A stretch of 63,962 nucleotides of DNA, the filler included, from Reclinomonas americana ATCC 50394 (taxonomy: Eukaryota), in assembly GCA_048213135.1 (NCBI GenBank). It is 21 parts of 21 records of this genome, joined end to end, with 100 filler letters (N's around TTAATTAATTAA, not from the genome) between each part and the next. Parts side by side here need not be neighbours in the genome. Positions count along the whole stretch, not along the records: positions 1 to 3,187 come from AFZH01018224.1; positions 3,288 to 8,191 come from AFZH01018225.1; positions 8,292 to 10,026 come from AFZH01018226.1; positions 10,127 to 12,572 come from AFZH01018227.1; positions 12,673 to 16,473 come from AFZH01018228.1; 16 more parts are not named here. The stretch is one strand, 5' to 3'. The translations under genes and the position numbers were made by a program. Below, one piece after another: positions 1 to 12,746 of this stretch (positions are counted from its first letter, which is position 1; each line of letters begins with the position of its first letter). Below the pieces are notes generated by a model. That model saw only the letters and a list, made by a program, of their open reading frames with translations, did no database searches and was not told the origin of the DNA.

Positions 1-88
1 CGACGACGACGACTACGTACGTAAGAAACGAACGAACTACGTTAGTTTCGTTTCCGTTCCTTCGTTCGGTCGAACGTCGCGCTAGACG

Positions 89-141
<53 letters not shown>

Positions 142-461
142 CTCCTCTCTCTCTCTCTCTCTCTCTCTCTCCCTGAGGTCGAAGACTCACTCTCACACAA
201 TGTCTCTCTCTCCCCTCAAACCCATTCGACTTACCCCGCGCCTCCCAGTCCAAGAAAGAGCACCTTGCGCGCCTTTCTTCGCGACCACACTTTCCGAAAC
301 ACATAGCGAACCAGCGCAATCATCGCAATCGCTAAATCACTGTTCTATTCTTCAGAATTCTTCAATGCATCTTGTCCTGCAGCTCTCCCTGACTGTTTGT
401 CAATCACCACGCTCAGCTACTGCGTTGACAAGGTAAGCAGGTTACCGTATGTTAAGAGACA

Positions 462-900
462 AGAGTCAACCGGGTCTGCATGCGCTCTAAAACGCAAACG
501 TCGACATCGATCTCGCCTTGTCTGCGCGTTTGCAATTGACGATCCCTCCTGCGCCCTGTACTCCGTTGCAGCACATGCCCTGCAACAATCCTGCACGCTA
601 TTCACCTTCAATGCAAGTCAACCGGGTCTGCATGCGCTCTAAAACGCAAACGTCGACGTCGCCAACGCTCTGCCTGCGCGTTTGACGATCCCTGCGCCCT
701 GTTTTCGATTGCAGCACATGCCCTGCAACAGCCGCGCACGCTGTCCGCCTTCAAAGCAAGTCAGCCGGGGCTGCATGCGCTCCAAAACACGAACGTCGAC
801 GTCGATCTCGCCGTATCTGCGCGTTTGGTGACCTGTTGGCCTCGTTTTCCATTGCAGCACGTGCTCTGCAACAACCTTACATGCTCTCCACCTTCAGCGC
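462..900. repeat. Tandem repeat, about 3 diverged copies of a roughly 145-155 bp unit
   Basis: AGTCA(A/G)CCGGG(T/G)CTGCATGCGCTC...ACGTCGAC...TGCAGCACATGCCCTGCAACA recurs near 462, 616 and 758. Confidence 0.8.
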
Positions 901-1155
901 ATGATCCCTTTGACCTTCTCACATCGACGTCGACACTTGCATTTTCTTTCTGCGTGCACTACCGTTGCAAACACCACGCGCACCTGCCACGTACTCTCTT
1001 ATAATTATCACCACACCATACTCTCCTCATTCGCGCTCAAGAGCTGCACCAATCACCGCGTGTCCTGCAACCGTTTTCATTACTTGCAACAATGTTGTTG
1101 CGACCTTCTCGTCTCCTCTTCCGCTCACCAACCGCCTTTGTGTATCGCGTGAAAG

Positions 1156-3068
1156 GCTTCTCTTCTTCTTCTTCGTCCTCTTCGTCCTCTTCTGATAAGG
1201 ATGATGAGCAGCGACGCGCGCGATTGCTGCTGGAGAGGGAGCTGAGTCGGGAGCTGACACCTGCAGAGAATGCAGAGTTTATGGTGAGAAAAGAGAGAGA
1301 GAAGAGAGAGAAGGGCGTACTCTGATCAATCTGCTATCGTGCATTTGTCTCTCTCTCACTCTCCTTCTCTTGCCCGTCTTCTCTTGCTCTTCTTCTCTTC
1401 TGCCTTCTCCTCTCCATCTCCCATGGCCTCCCCTTCCTCTCTTCTCATTGTCTCTCTTCTCTCATTGCCCTCCCTTTCTGTCTCCCCTTCCTCTCTGCTC
1501 TTCTCGTACTGCCTTCCCTCGTTATCTTCACTGCCTTCTTCTCCCTCGTGACTCTCTCTCACTCTCTCCATTACTGTCCCTTCCTCACTCATTGTCTCTT
1601 TCATTCTCGGTGCTCTTCCATGTCTCCTTCTCACTGCCTCTCCCTTCTCTGCGCCTTCTCCTCTCCTTCCCTCCTAGCCTCCCATTTCTTCTTCACTTCT
1701 CATTGTGTCTTCTTCTCACTGCCTTTCCTCCTTTCCCTTCCGCTGCCTCTCCCTTCTCTGTGCCTTCTCCTCCCCCGCCTCCTTCCCTCTGTCGTCTTCT
1801 CCCTTCCCCACTATCATTCTCACAACCATCTCTTCCCTTTGCCTTCACCCTCTCCCTCTCCCTTTGCCTTCTCCTTCCTTGCATCTCAAGATCCGCGAAA
1901 CCGCTGCCGACGAACAACGCCTCCTCTCGCGCTCGGCCGTCGAGTGCGAAGCCGCTGGCACGCTGATCCAACGCGTCTCCGGTCTCGCCGCCAGTCGCAA
2001 GTCGGGCGGTGGCCCTGGCTCTACTGGCAGCTCCCTGCATCCGCGCGAGGCCGCCGTGCTGTTGCGTGGCGCGGCATTGACAGAGGCCGCTGCGGGGACG
2101 CCTACGCAGTCGCCGATGCTGGGACGCGCGCCGTGCGGCTGCGCAGCGCGTGGGCTGGAGGTGTTCAATCCAGTTCTGGTTTGTGTTTGTGACCTCCCCC
2201 TTCCCCCCGACAAGGAATGCGTGGATCATTGGTTTCTTGCGCACAGGATCCAGCATTGCAGCGATCGGCGCTCGTGTGCGGTCACATTGTGGATGCGTTT
2301 AGGGAGATGTGTGCGCGGCGGCAGCGAGATCGTGTGCCGGTGGCGTATTTACTGGGCGAGAAGGAGTTTTACTCGCTGCCGTTCTCGGTGGGACCGTCGG
2401 TTCTGGTTCCGCGACCGGAGTCGGAGATGGTGAGAGAGAGGAGATCGGCTTCTTGCCTCTGCATACTCATGTTTGTTTGTATGCAGTTGGTGGACTTGGC
2501 GAGGGAAAAGTGTGAGGGTATTCCGGCGCCGCGTATTCTGGATCTCGGCACTGGGTCGGGTTGTTTGCTTTTGTCTGGTGCGTGTGGCGGATGCAGCGAG
2601 TGGGGGACACACAGGAGCAGGCGCGTTTTGTGAAGTGAGGATACATGCATCGCTGGGAAACGCCCTTGTTTCTCTTCAGTCTTCTTTACTCGAGAAAGAA
2701 CCACACTGATGCTATCTTGTTCTCTTATCTCTCTCTCTCTCTCTCTCTTGCTTGCTGAGAGATACGTTGTTTTGTTGCATCGGCTGCAGCTTGTTACACC
2801 ACGATTATGAGAGCTTCTTCACTCTTTCTTACTTGTATGTGAGTTCGCAGTTGTAAAGCGTGACGTGCAAAACGTGATGACGGCTCTCTCTCTCTCTCTC
2901 TTTCCCTCTGTGCATTAGTGTGACAGTCCGCCTCCTCTAATCCGCGTGCATCTATTGCATCTGCTGTGATACGCAGTGTCATCGCGTCTCCCTTCCTCTC
3001 TTCTCGCCATTGCCATTTCCAGACACAGCACAGATCCTATGTTTCGTGGATTGCGGGTTTTCTTTTCT

Positions 3069-3128
<60 letters not shown>

Positions 3129-3375
3129 CTCTCTAGTCTGTCTCTCTCTCTCTCTCGCTACTCTACTCTCTCTACTCTCTCTCGTACNNNNNNNNNNNNN
3201 NNNNNNNNNNNNNNNNNNNNNNNNNNNNNNNTTAATTAATTAANNNNNNNNNNNNNNNNNNNNNNNNNNNNNNNNNNNNNNNNNNNNTCGTCTCGTACAC
3301 GTACGTACTACGACGTACGTACGTTACGTTACGTTACGTTACGTTCGTTCGTTCGTTCGTTCGTTCGTTTCGTTC

Positions 3376-3439
<64 letters not shown>

Positions 3440-4311
3440 TGCATCAGTGTGACATTCCGCCTCCACACGCGGCTCCTCTGCTCCGCTTGTATTCAGGCCC
3501 ACAGAGATATCGCTTCCCTCCTCTCTCTCTCTCACACTCACTCACTCTATCTCTATTTCTCTCTGTGATTCTCCTCTCTGACTCTCCTCTCCCTTCCTTT
3601 CCCTTCCTCGCCATTCCCTCACCCTTCCCTCCCTCCTCCCTTCCCCCTCCCTTTCCATCTCCCTTCCCCCTCCGCTTCCCTCTCCCTTCCCTCTCCCCTT
3701 CTCTCCCCTTCCCTCTCTCTTCACTCATCGCCTTGCAGTCCTCCACTCAATCCCGCAGGCCACTGGCGTCGGCGTCGACATTAGTGTGGCTGCCTTGGCC
3801 ATGGCACAACGCAACGCACGAAAGCTCAAGCTGCAGGATCGCGCTCGATTCGTGCACGGTGACTGGTCGCACGCCGGCGAGTTGCAGCGACAGATTGGCG
3901 GTGCGTGTGCGCACACATCTTCCTCCTCCCCTCTCCCGATCCCTTCCTGTCCTCCTCACCCCCCTTTTTGTGTTCTTCGTGCCAGCCGACGAGTTCTTTG
4001 ACGTCATCCTCTGCAATCCACCGTACGTGTCGACCAAGGAGTACGCCGCCTTGAGCATGGATGTGTACCACGAACCGGCGATGGCGCTGCTGGGTGGACG
4101 CGACGGACTCGAGTGCTACCGACAAGTGAGCACGGCCGCTGCGCTGTTCTTGCGCGATCCCGGTGCCGTGCTGTGCCTGGAGATTGGGGCTCGACAGGAG
4201 CGAGCGGTGCGCGAAATCATGGGGGAAACGGGGCGCTGGAAGCACCTCTCGACCAAGCGCGATGGCGCCGGCATCGAGAGGTGCATGATGTTTGCGCTGG
4301 CCACCACATAA
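1156..4311 (+). CDS. HEMK1: HemK/PrmC-family peptide release factor N5-glutamine methyltransferase (multi-exon, 5' end uncertain)
   Basis: Spliced exons give PVAYLLGEKEFYSLPFSVGPSVLVPRPESE, the SAM motif ILDLGTGSGCL, GVDISVAALAMA, catalytic NPPY, EPAMALLGGRDGL and LEIG. Stop TAA at 4309-4311. Confidence 0.9.
3188..3287. other. Artificial scaffold spacer N-TTAATTAATTAA-N (one example of about 20 in the window)
   Basis: The same roughly 100 nt spacer, with stops in all six frames, occurs at every contig join. Confidence 0.97.
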
Positions 4312-4351
4312 TACACACACACACGTAGACTGTCCAATTTTCTCACAGCGT

Positions 4352-5539
4352 TCAATCCTCCCACTTGTACACGAATAATTGCGAGGCCGACAGCGTGATG
4401 AGTGCATCGAGCTCGCTGTTGTGGTGCACGTCCAGCACCTGCGACGAATGCGCCTGTAATCTCTGATGCTCTTCGTCTGCGTTCACCGGCCACACAATGG
4501 GCTGTGCGCGCAAAAGTGAGTCAAGCATGCACAACGGAAGTACAACAGAAAGAGAGGCACGACAAACCCGCTTGCTCTGCTCGTCGCCGCCGATCACCAT
4601 GGGGATGCCGTCGCCAGTGGCCCCCGCCACAATCACGCTCGTCAGAGCGTGGCGACAGTGCTGCAAGCCGTACGTGAAGCCGCCGATCCGCTTGTCGGCC
4701 TCGAACTTGCGGAGCGTGTCGGACCAGTGCAGCACCACGTGCGCCGGTTCAACAGCACCCTCCTGCGCAGCAGCAGCAGCAGCGGCGGAAACGGCAGGCA
4801 GTTGTCGATAGGAGAGCATCATTCGCTCCGTGGTCTTGTCCGTCGTCATGGCGGTGCAGCCGGCGGGCGACACTCCACCGGCACCAAACAAGGGCGACTG
4901 ACGAGGTCACTCGTGGTGAGAAAAACTCGACAATTCCACCTCCTTTTGCCACCTCATTCCTCACCTCCGCAATCGGACTGCCAGGCAGCGGTTGATACGA
5001 GTCGGCCCGACGCGCGGCCACCACACCGGTCGGTGAGGCTCCGACGAGGAGACCGCCGGCGACACGACTCACGTACGAGAGCGAGTGCACGGCCGCACGA
5101 CCGCCACACGCCAGCTCGTGGACCGAGCCGCGCGTTTGGCGCAAATCAAACACTCGCACCTGACCTTGCTCGAGACCGGCAAACACCACATTGGCGTCGT
5201 CGTCGCAAAACGCCACGCTCCATCCGCACAGCTCGGTGGGGAAGCTACGCGGGAGCGGGAGGAGGTGAGGAGAAGACAACAGGACAGGTGGCACATGCCG
5301 ACTCGAACCTGACGGCAATCGCTCGCGACCGCAAGTCGACAATCTGCAGCACCTTGTCGAACGACACGGAAGCCACATGCTTGCTGAGCGGTGCACTGGC
5401 GAGATCGCGCACTTCCTTTTTGCCGAGCACGAAGCTGTCGGTGGCCGGGTGCACCGCATCCAATCGTTGCAGATCCACTGCGCGGATGCCCGCACAATTG
5501 CCGGCGCTACAACGATAACCATGGGGGAAACAGTACAGT

Positions 5540-5607
<68 letters not shown>

Positions 5608-7183
5608 CCACGCACGAAGGGAACAAACATACCTGGAGAGAAACGACGTCAGGGCAACATCGCCCAGCTCCGCGCAAAACGTCATGCACCGCGAGTTATT
5701 GAGCGCCGCCGAACCCAAGGTCACGAAGCGACCGCGGTACCACACACGACTCGAGCCGCTCCCGGCCGCCGCCGAGGCACCACCGCCGCCGCCACAGCCG
5801 TCGCCGGTCATTGCAGAGGTCGGCTCGAGTCGTCGCGCCTTATTCAGCTCGTTGGTGACCATGTTCAGTCGCAACGACAACTCGGCGTTCTGGCGAGCGC
5901 ACAAACGGGGGGGTCAAGTGCTTGATAAAAGTAGGGGAGAGACCATTATGACGCACCTCTTTCTTGAGTCGGGTGTTCTCGCTGGTCAGCACCTGCAGCC
6001 GCTGCGCCGTCTCCGTCGTCACACTATTGTCCACGACCGCCAGGTGCGCGTCGAACAGCACGCGGATATCCTTGATCGCGGCACCTCGGCGGCACGTGGG
6101 ACATCGGCGATTGTCGCGCGCCTGCGACTGCAACCACTGCTCCACGCATCGCTTGCCGAACAGGTGGCCGCAGGGCAGGCACGAGAGGTGATGTGCACCA
6201 GTGCTGGTGCACGGCTCGTCGCAAATGATGCAGCGTGTCTGCCAGGAGAAGGGTTAGGCAGCAAGGGAAAAGGCGAGGGAGACGGAGAAGAAAACGGACG
6301 CAACCAATGTCGGTTCAGGTTTGCTGCGTTTTCTCGGTGGCGACTGCCGGTCGGACACGGAGGTGGTTTTTGTTGTTGTCATTGTTGAGCTTGTGGGAGA
6401 GGCGCTTCGCTCTCGGCGGCGAGAGGGTGGTGAAGGTGGTGGTGGCGGAAGGCGGGTGATGGATGGTGGCGGAAGAGGAGGGGGATGGGGGGCGCTGTTG
6501 ACAAGGGGGGAAGGTAATGAGGGGAAGGGAGGGTAGGGAGGGAGGGAAAGGAGGGAGGGAGGAGAAGGCAGCGAGAGAAAGAGAAAGAGAGAGAAAGAGA
6601 GAGAAGGCAACGAGAGAGAGTCAAACTGAGAGAGAAGGCGAGGAGGAGGGAGACAATAGAGATAGAGGGCGAGAGAGAGAAAGCGATAGACATGAGAAAA
6701 GGAGAATGCGCACAGCAAGGCAGTAAGAGCGGGAGATGGCTTCTGAATTGCATCACAAAACGTCACTTCTCTTTCCTCCTCCCCTTCTCTCTCCCCCTCA
6801 CACACTCACTACCTCTTTCGCACTCACCTCAGTTGCGCCGCAGGAACGGCGACAACCTCCACAGGTTCATCGACTTCCATCTCCCTCTCTTCCCCTTCAT
6901 CATCATCACCAGCATCATCGCCGACATCGACATCGACTTCATCATCATCCACAACAACAGTGACTGCATTCTCCACTCGCACCGCATCGTGATCACCACC
7001 ACCACCACCATCATCATCATCATCGTCGTCACCAAGAACAACAACATCAAGATCATCAGCATCCTCCACTTGGCCAGCGACATTGTCAAGCACGTCGTCA
7101 GCAACAACGACTTCCACCAACTCCAGCGCAGCTTGCTCTGCCATCTCGCCAGTGAGGTCTACCACATCGTGCGGCGACGACAT
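4352..7183 (-). CDS. RFWD3: RFWD3-like RING finger and WD40 E3 ubiquitin ligase (multi-exon)
   Basis: Acidic disordered N-terminus, RING (LPCGHLFGKRCVEQWL...CPTC...DIRVLF), coiled coil, then WD40 strands (ASVSFDKVLQIVDL, WSVAFCDDDANVVFAGLEQGQVRVFDLR). The C-terminus ends LITLSASQLFVYKWED. Confidence 0.8.
5541..5607. repeat. (CAG)n microsatellite inside an RFWD3 intron
   Basis: Pure AGC/CAG run between the minus-strand donor GTATGT (about 5632) and an acceptor near 5507. Confidence 0.85.
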
Positions 7184-7488
7184 TTGGCGACGAGATGAAA
7201 GTGAGAGGGGTTTCCTGCAAATTGTGCGCGAAATGGATCCATGGAGGTGCGAGCACAAAGTGTCGGCGGCACAGCTCGAGCTTATGGTTCGTAGGGATGA
7301 GCTCACTACTTCCGCCAAGGAATGTTGCATCAAGGTCGGAATGTAGAATGCGGATTCGGCATCGGTCGGAGCTTCGCCACGGCGCGCGTGCGCGCGATTG
7401 CCAGCCATCAAGCGACTCCCTATATATGCAGCTCATCATCGACTTCGGCTTTCACAAGTTCTGCGTGCTCGGCTTTCCGCACCACATT

Positions 7489-7510
7489 TTGGCGCCAATT
7501 TGCACCGTTT
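7489..7510. promoter_or_regulatory. Conserved upstream element TTGGCGCCAATTTGCACCGTTT (E2F-like palindromic core); second copy at 11876-11897
   Basis: An identical 22-mer lies upstream of both NHL paralogues in otherwise dissimilar flanks. Confidence 0.45.
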
Positions 7511-7545
7511 TCGTTTTCAAAGCATCTTCTATTGTAGCCGCCGAC

Positions 7546-10500
7546 ATGCGTGCCGCTATCAACCTCGCTCTCGTCGTTCTCTTTCTCATCCACTCGCTCG
7601 CTGCCACTGCAAGTTGCGTGCGTTTGTGTTTGTGTGTGTGCGGGCGTGTGTTTGTGTGTGTTGTGCACGCTCTTTCGCGCCTTGTGCACCTTGTGTGTAT
7701 TGCTCACACGCACGCACTCACACTCCTCTCCCAATCCACCTCTGCGCAGACGCACAGACAGTCACCACCGCCGTCGCCAACAGCATCACCGGCACCACCG
7801 GTACTCTAAATGCGTGGGTCAATCCCAACAATGTCGCCGGAGGCACAACCAACTCCTTTGAGTGGTCTCCATACAACGCCGCCATTGGTGTCTCCTCGGC
7901 CACTGTCTCCACCTTTGTGGGCACTGCAGGCACCTCGGGAACAACGGACGGTGTTGGCGCAAGTGCCTTGCTCTACGGGCCACTGGTTTGTACATATTGT
8001 GCAGTGTCCTTGTTGTTCCTGCTACTATCGTGTGCTTCGCCGACTCAGCGACTACGCTCTCAACAGGGGCTGGCTTTCGACGCAGCAGGCAACTTGTATG
8101 TTGGCGACTGCGGGTTTGTCACGCTTGGCTCTTCCTTGTCTGCAGTCTGTCGATTCGTCTCACTCTTTTACACGCAATGATGGCAGCAACTNNNNNNNNN
8201 NNNNNNNNNNNNNNNNNNNNNNNNNNNNNNNNNNNTTAATTAATTAANNNNNNNNNNNNNNNNNNNNNNNNNNNNNNNNNNNNNNNNNNNNAGAGAGAGA
8301 GAGAGAATCAGCGCAATGCATTCCTCTATTCTCATGTGTGCCATCTGTTTGTGTGCGTGAGCGCAGCCGACCGCGTGACCAATTCCATCCGCGCCATCAA
8401 CACGGTGGCGATGACGGTGACGACGGTGGCGGGTTCAACGAGTGGCGTCGCTGGATCCACGGATGCCACTGGTAAGTTTTTCATAATAGGAGGCCCAGTG
8501 TGACTGTTTGCATGCGTGCTGACCAATGTGCATCAGGAACGGCCGCTCGCTTCAGCACACCAGTGGGATTGGCATACGACACAGGAAACAATGTCATTTA
8601 TGTTGCCGATGTTGAGTATCCCCTCTACCACGGCGCGCACGCTGATCACATCGCTTCTTTATTCTGACGCACTGAACTCCACAGACTGGCAACAACATCG
8701 TGCGAAGCATCCGAGTGTCAGACTCGTCAGTAAGCACCATCGCTGGTGCGGCGGGCATGAGTGGCTCAGCCAACGGCAGTGCACTGACCGTCGCCCGCTT
8801 CGACTTGCCGCATTATGTTGTATTTGATACCTCGACCGCATCAGTGCTCATTGCCGATTTCAACACGCACACCGTCCGTCGCCTCTCGCTGGCGTCGCAA
8901 TCGGTGTCGGCCACACCCGCCACTGCCACTGGCTCCCTCGCCACTTCGATCACTGCCTCACTGACTGGGTTGGCGAGCAACTGGACATACTATTATCGCG
9001 CCGTTGGCGTCACCTCCGCACCCAGCACCATCAATGGCGCCACCGTGTCGTTCACCACCACCACCAATGTGGCTCCGACCGATATTAGCTGCTCGTCGAC
9101 GACGTATGTGTCGCCGTCGGTGGCGAATCAAGTCGTGTGTGCGCTGCAGACGACGGACGCGAATGCTGGCCAGTCGTTCACGTACTCGATTGTCGGTGGC
9201 GCAAACAGCGCGGTGTTTTCGATCAGCGGACAGTCGCTGGTGATTGTGGCGGCGGGGCAGGCGGGCAGCTCGCTGGCGGTGACAATTCGGTCGACCGATA
9301 ACGGATCGCCGCCGCTCTTCTTCGACAAGGCGTTCACCATTGCCACGGGTGAGGCACATGTTACCCTGCATGGTCTTGTGTGCTCTGTGTCTGTCTGTCC
9401 ATCTATCTCTCTTGCATCTCTCACGCACACACACGCGCGCATGTAGCGCCGTTTGCTTCACCATGTTGTCTCTCTGCTGCCCACCTTTCTCTGTTGCGTG
9501 TGTCTCTCTTTTTCTCATTCTCATGCTTTCCCGTCTTGCGGGTTGATTCATTCTCTTGCCCCTTCCTCATCTCTCATTTCTCTTCTGTGCAACATTGTGT
9601 CTACCCCTCGTTCTCCGTTGCCACTTTTCTTTTCTCTCCTTTGCTCGCTGGTTCTCTCATGCGTTATCCAGTTTTCTTCAAGATGTTGCCTCTTTCCTGT
9701 CCTCCTCCTTCTCCTCGGCCTCTTCCTTGTTCTTCTTCTCATTCTTTTTCTTCCTCTTCTTTTCTCCTCATTCCGCACTCCTCCTCCTCGTCCTCCTCCT
9801 CCGCCTCCTCTTCCCATGCTGATCATGATGCCCCACTTTTTCTATGTGCCACAGCCACCCAATCGCTGGCCACGCTCGCGGCCAGCAGTGTGACAACGTC
9901 GTCGGCGACATTGAATGCGGTGGTGGGCAACTCTGTGGCGGCCTCGACAATGACCAACTCGTTCGAGTGGGCGCCAACAACGGCTGCCTTCGGTGTGACG
10001 CCAGCCGTGTCGACATGGGTGGGCACNNNNNNNNNNNNNNNNNNNNNNNNNNNNNNNNNNNNNNNNNNNNTTAATTAATTAANNNNNNNNNNNNNNNNNN
10101 NNNNNNNNNNNNNNNNNNNNNNNNNNAGAGAGAGAGGGCAGAGGGAGAGGAAGAGAGAGGGCAGAGGGAGAGGAAGAGGAAGAGGAAGAGGAAGAGGAAG
10201 AGGAAGAGGGAGAGGAAGAAGAAGAGGAAGCGGGAGAGGGAGAGGGAGAGGGAGAGGTAGAGGAAGAGGGAGAGGAAGAGGGAGAGGAAGAGGGAGAGGA
10301 AGAGGGAGAGGAGAGTGAAAGGGAGAGCTGAACCTTTGTCTGTGTGAATGCGCAGGGACTGTTGGCCCGAGCGACATTCTGCTGTCGGGTGCGCAGACGT
10401 ACTCGAGTGCGACGGTGCCATTCACGGTGGGCACACTGAGTATGGTGGATCTCAACACGGGACAGACGCCAACATTCAGCATCGTTGGTGGCGTGCATGC

Positions 10501-11864
10501 GGCGCTGTTCAGTCTGGTTGGTGGCAATCAGCTGACGATCTCTGTGGCTCCGCCACTGAGTCGGCGACTGCAAGTGTTTGTGCAAGTGAGCGACGGGGCG
10601 CTGACGTACACCAAGCAGTTCATGGTTGTCTATGGTGCGTGGGTGGGGAAGGGAAGGGGAAGAGAGGAGAAGGGAAAGAGAGCGAAAGAGGAAGAGAGCG
10701 AAAGAGGAAGAGAGCGAAAGGGGAGAGCGAAACGAGGAAGTGAGGGGGAAGAGAGAGGGAAAGGGAAAGAGAGGGAAAGGGAGAAGAGAGGGAAAGGGGG
10801 AGGGGAATTTTGGGGATAGGCTACATGGCGTAGATAGCAAGGGAACAGGGAAAGAGCGGAGATCGGAGATGTGACTAGTGGAAAATAGCAATGGTAAAGA
10901 GACAAATCAATGTTCATTTAGTTTGCGGGTGGGTATTTAGTTCCAGCAAAAAGAAACATTGTTGTCTGTTGGCTGTTCTCTCTCTCACTCCCTCCCTCTC
11001 ACTCTGTCGAAGTGGCTCATTCTACGACAATGGAAGGTTTCCTTGTCTTTGCTTGCTGGGCACTTGCTGACGATGTCTTATCGCTTGTGCAGCATCGAAT
11101 ACAAGTTGTTCTTCGCTGCAGAACGGCGTCGTGGCTCGTTGCGTTGCTTGTCACGTCCGGTGTACATCATCGTCGGTCGTCTCACTCATTGCTGTACAAC
11201 CAGCCGCATTGGAGGTGTGCCAGTTCGAAGCAGTGGATCGACCAGGCGGTACAATCTTGGCGTCGCTCGTCACTGCTCGCAATGAGATCGGTTGCTGCGA
11301 ACTGTGCGATCTGTACTCACTGTGTCGGTCGTGGACATTCTTGGATGCTGCTGCGACGTCGAACTCTCTTGGAGTGAGCGTATGCACACTGAAGGCGCGT
11401 GATCGGAAGTGAGACAGGGATTGTGTGAATTTGAGAAGCTCACCTTCGTGGGGCATGCAGAGCACGGTGCCGGCAACTGCTGCGAATGCAGAGACCAGCA
11501 ATGTGTGTGGCTCCCACTTCTGCTTGGTGTCGGGACGCAAGACGAGTGCGGCTGCGTACGACAGCAGTGGGTTCCAGACGAGCACGGGTGAGTCCTCGCA
11601 GAGGCGAGAGATGAGAGAAAGAATCGCGACTAATGTGTGGGGCGCTTTCATGCAGATCGGCCTGGTGGCGATCTCACGTGGGCCATCAAGACGATGACCG
11701 GACCACAAGCATGCTCACTGTGGTGCTCCCAACTGACTGCCTGCGGCTCGTGGACATTCACTACGTCGACCAAGCAGTGTGTGCCGAAGAGCGGCGTGGT
11801 GGCCACGTCGACGATGACTGCGTGTGCTATGAGTGGCGACTGCACGTCGGGCGTGAAGATTTGA
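7546..11864 (+). CDS. Secreted multidomain protein, copy A: signal peptide, split FN3-like domain with NHL repeats, cadherin-like domains, PAN/apple domains (interrupted by gaps)
   Basis: Signal MRAAINLALVVLFLIHSLAATA; NHL blades (GLAFDAAGNLYVG, NVIYVAD|TGNNIVRSI); LTGLASNWTYYYRA; cadherin-like NVAPTDI...QTTDANAGQSFTYSIVGG; PAN-like DRPGGDL...CSLWCSQLTACGSWTF...CVPK. Confidence 0.8.
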
Positions 11865-11977
11865 AGAGTGAAAAATTGGCGCCAATTTGCACCGTTTCCT
11901 CAGATTTCTTTTGGGTGTGTTCATTCCGTATGGGCAAACGGCCTCTCTCCTCTCGCGTGCGCTCACAAGCTGCTGGC

Positions 11978-12672
11978 ATGCACTCTCTCGTCAGCCTCAC
12001 ACTCATCCTCCTCTTATTCGTTCACACACTCGTTGGCACTGCAAGTTGCGTGTGCGTGTGCGGCGCGCTTTTTCGCGCCTTGTGCACCTCCTGTGTATTG
12101 CTCACACGCACCCACGCACTTCTCTCACAATTCACCTCCGCACAGGCGCCCAGACGGTCACCACCGCCGTCGCCAACAACATCACCGGCACGTCCGCCAC
12201 TCTCAATGCATGGGTCAATCCCAACAATGTCGCCGGCGGCACCTCCAACTCCTTTGAGTGGTCCCCCTATGCTGCCACTGTGGGCGTCTCCTCTGCCACC
12301 GTCTCCACCTTTGTGGGCACCGCTGGCTCATGGGGAACTGCGGATGGTGTTGGCGCCAGCGCACAACTGAATGGACCTTTGGTGCGCATTGACGATTTTC
12401 CTTTCTGTGCGTGTAACGTGCTGGGCCTAATTCACTGCGCGACTGTGTACTGTCTGCAGGGTCTCACCTTTGACGCCATGGGCAACTTGTACGTGGGCGA
12501 ATACAAGTTTCGGCATGCACCCACTGTTGTTCACAGTCTGTCGATCCGACTCACTCTCTCGCACTCAATGATNNNNNNNNNNNNNNNNNNNNNNNNNNNN
12601 NNNNNNNNNNNNNNNNTTAATTAATTAANNNNNNNNNNNNNNNNNNNNNNNNNNNNNNNNNNNNNNNNNNNN

Positions 12673-12746
<74 letters not shown>

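Noticed and set aside
5541..5607. Poly-Ala/Ser/Leu/Cys tract in the ORF track
   Set aside because: The CAG run is intronic in the RFWD3-like gene.
7613..7620. Reading the shifted donors as non-canonical G|TT introns
   Set aside because: With the AG acceptors, cutting after the G would frameshift conserved proteins. Cutting before GTT keeps the frame.
10027..10126. Apparent deletion of the second NHL module in copy A
   Set aside because: It coincides exactly with an assembly gap, so the sequence is probably unassembled rather than absent.
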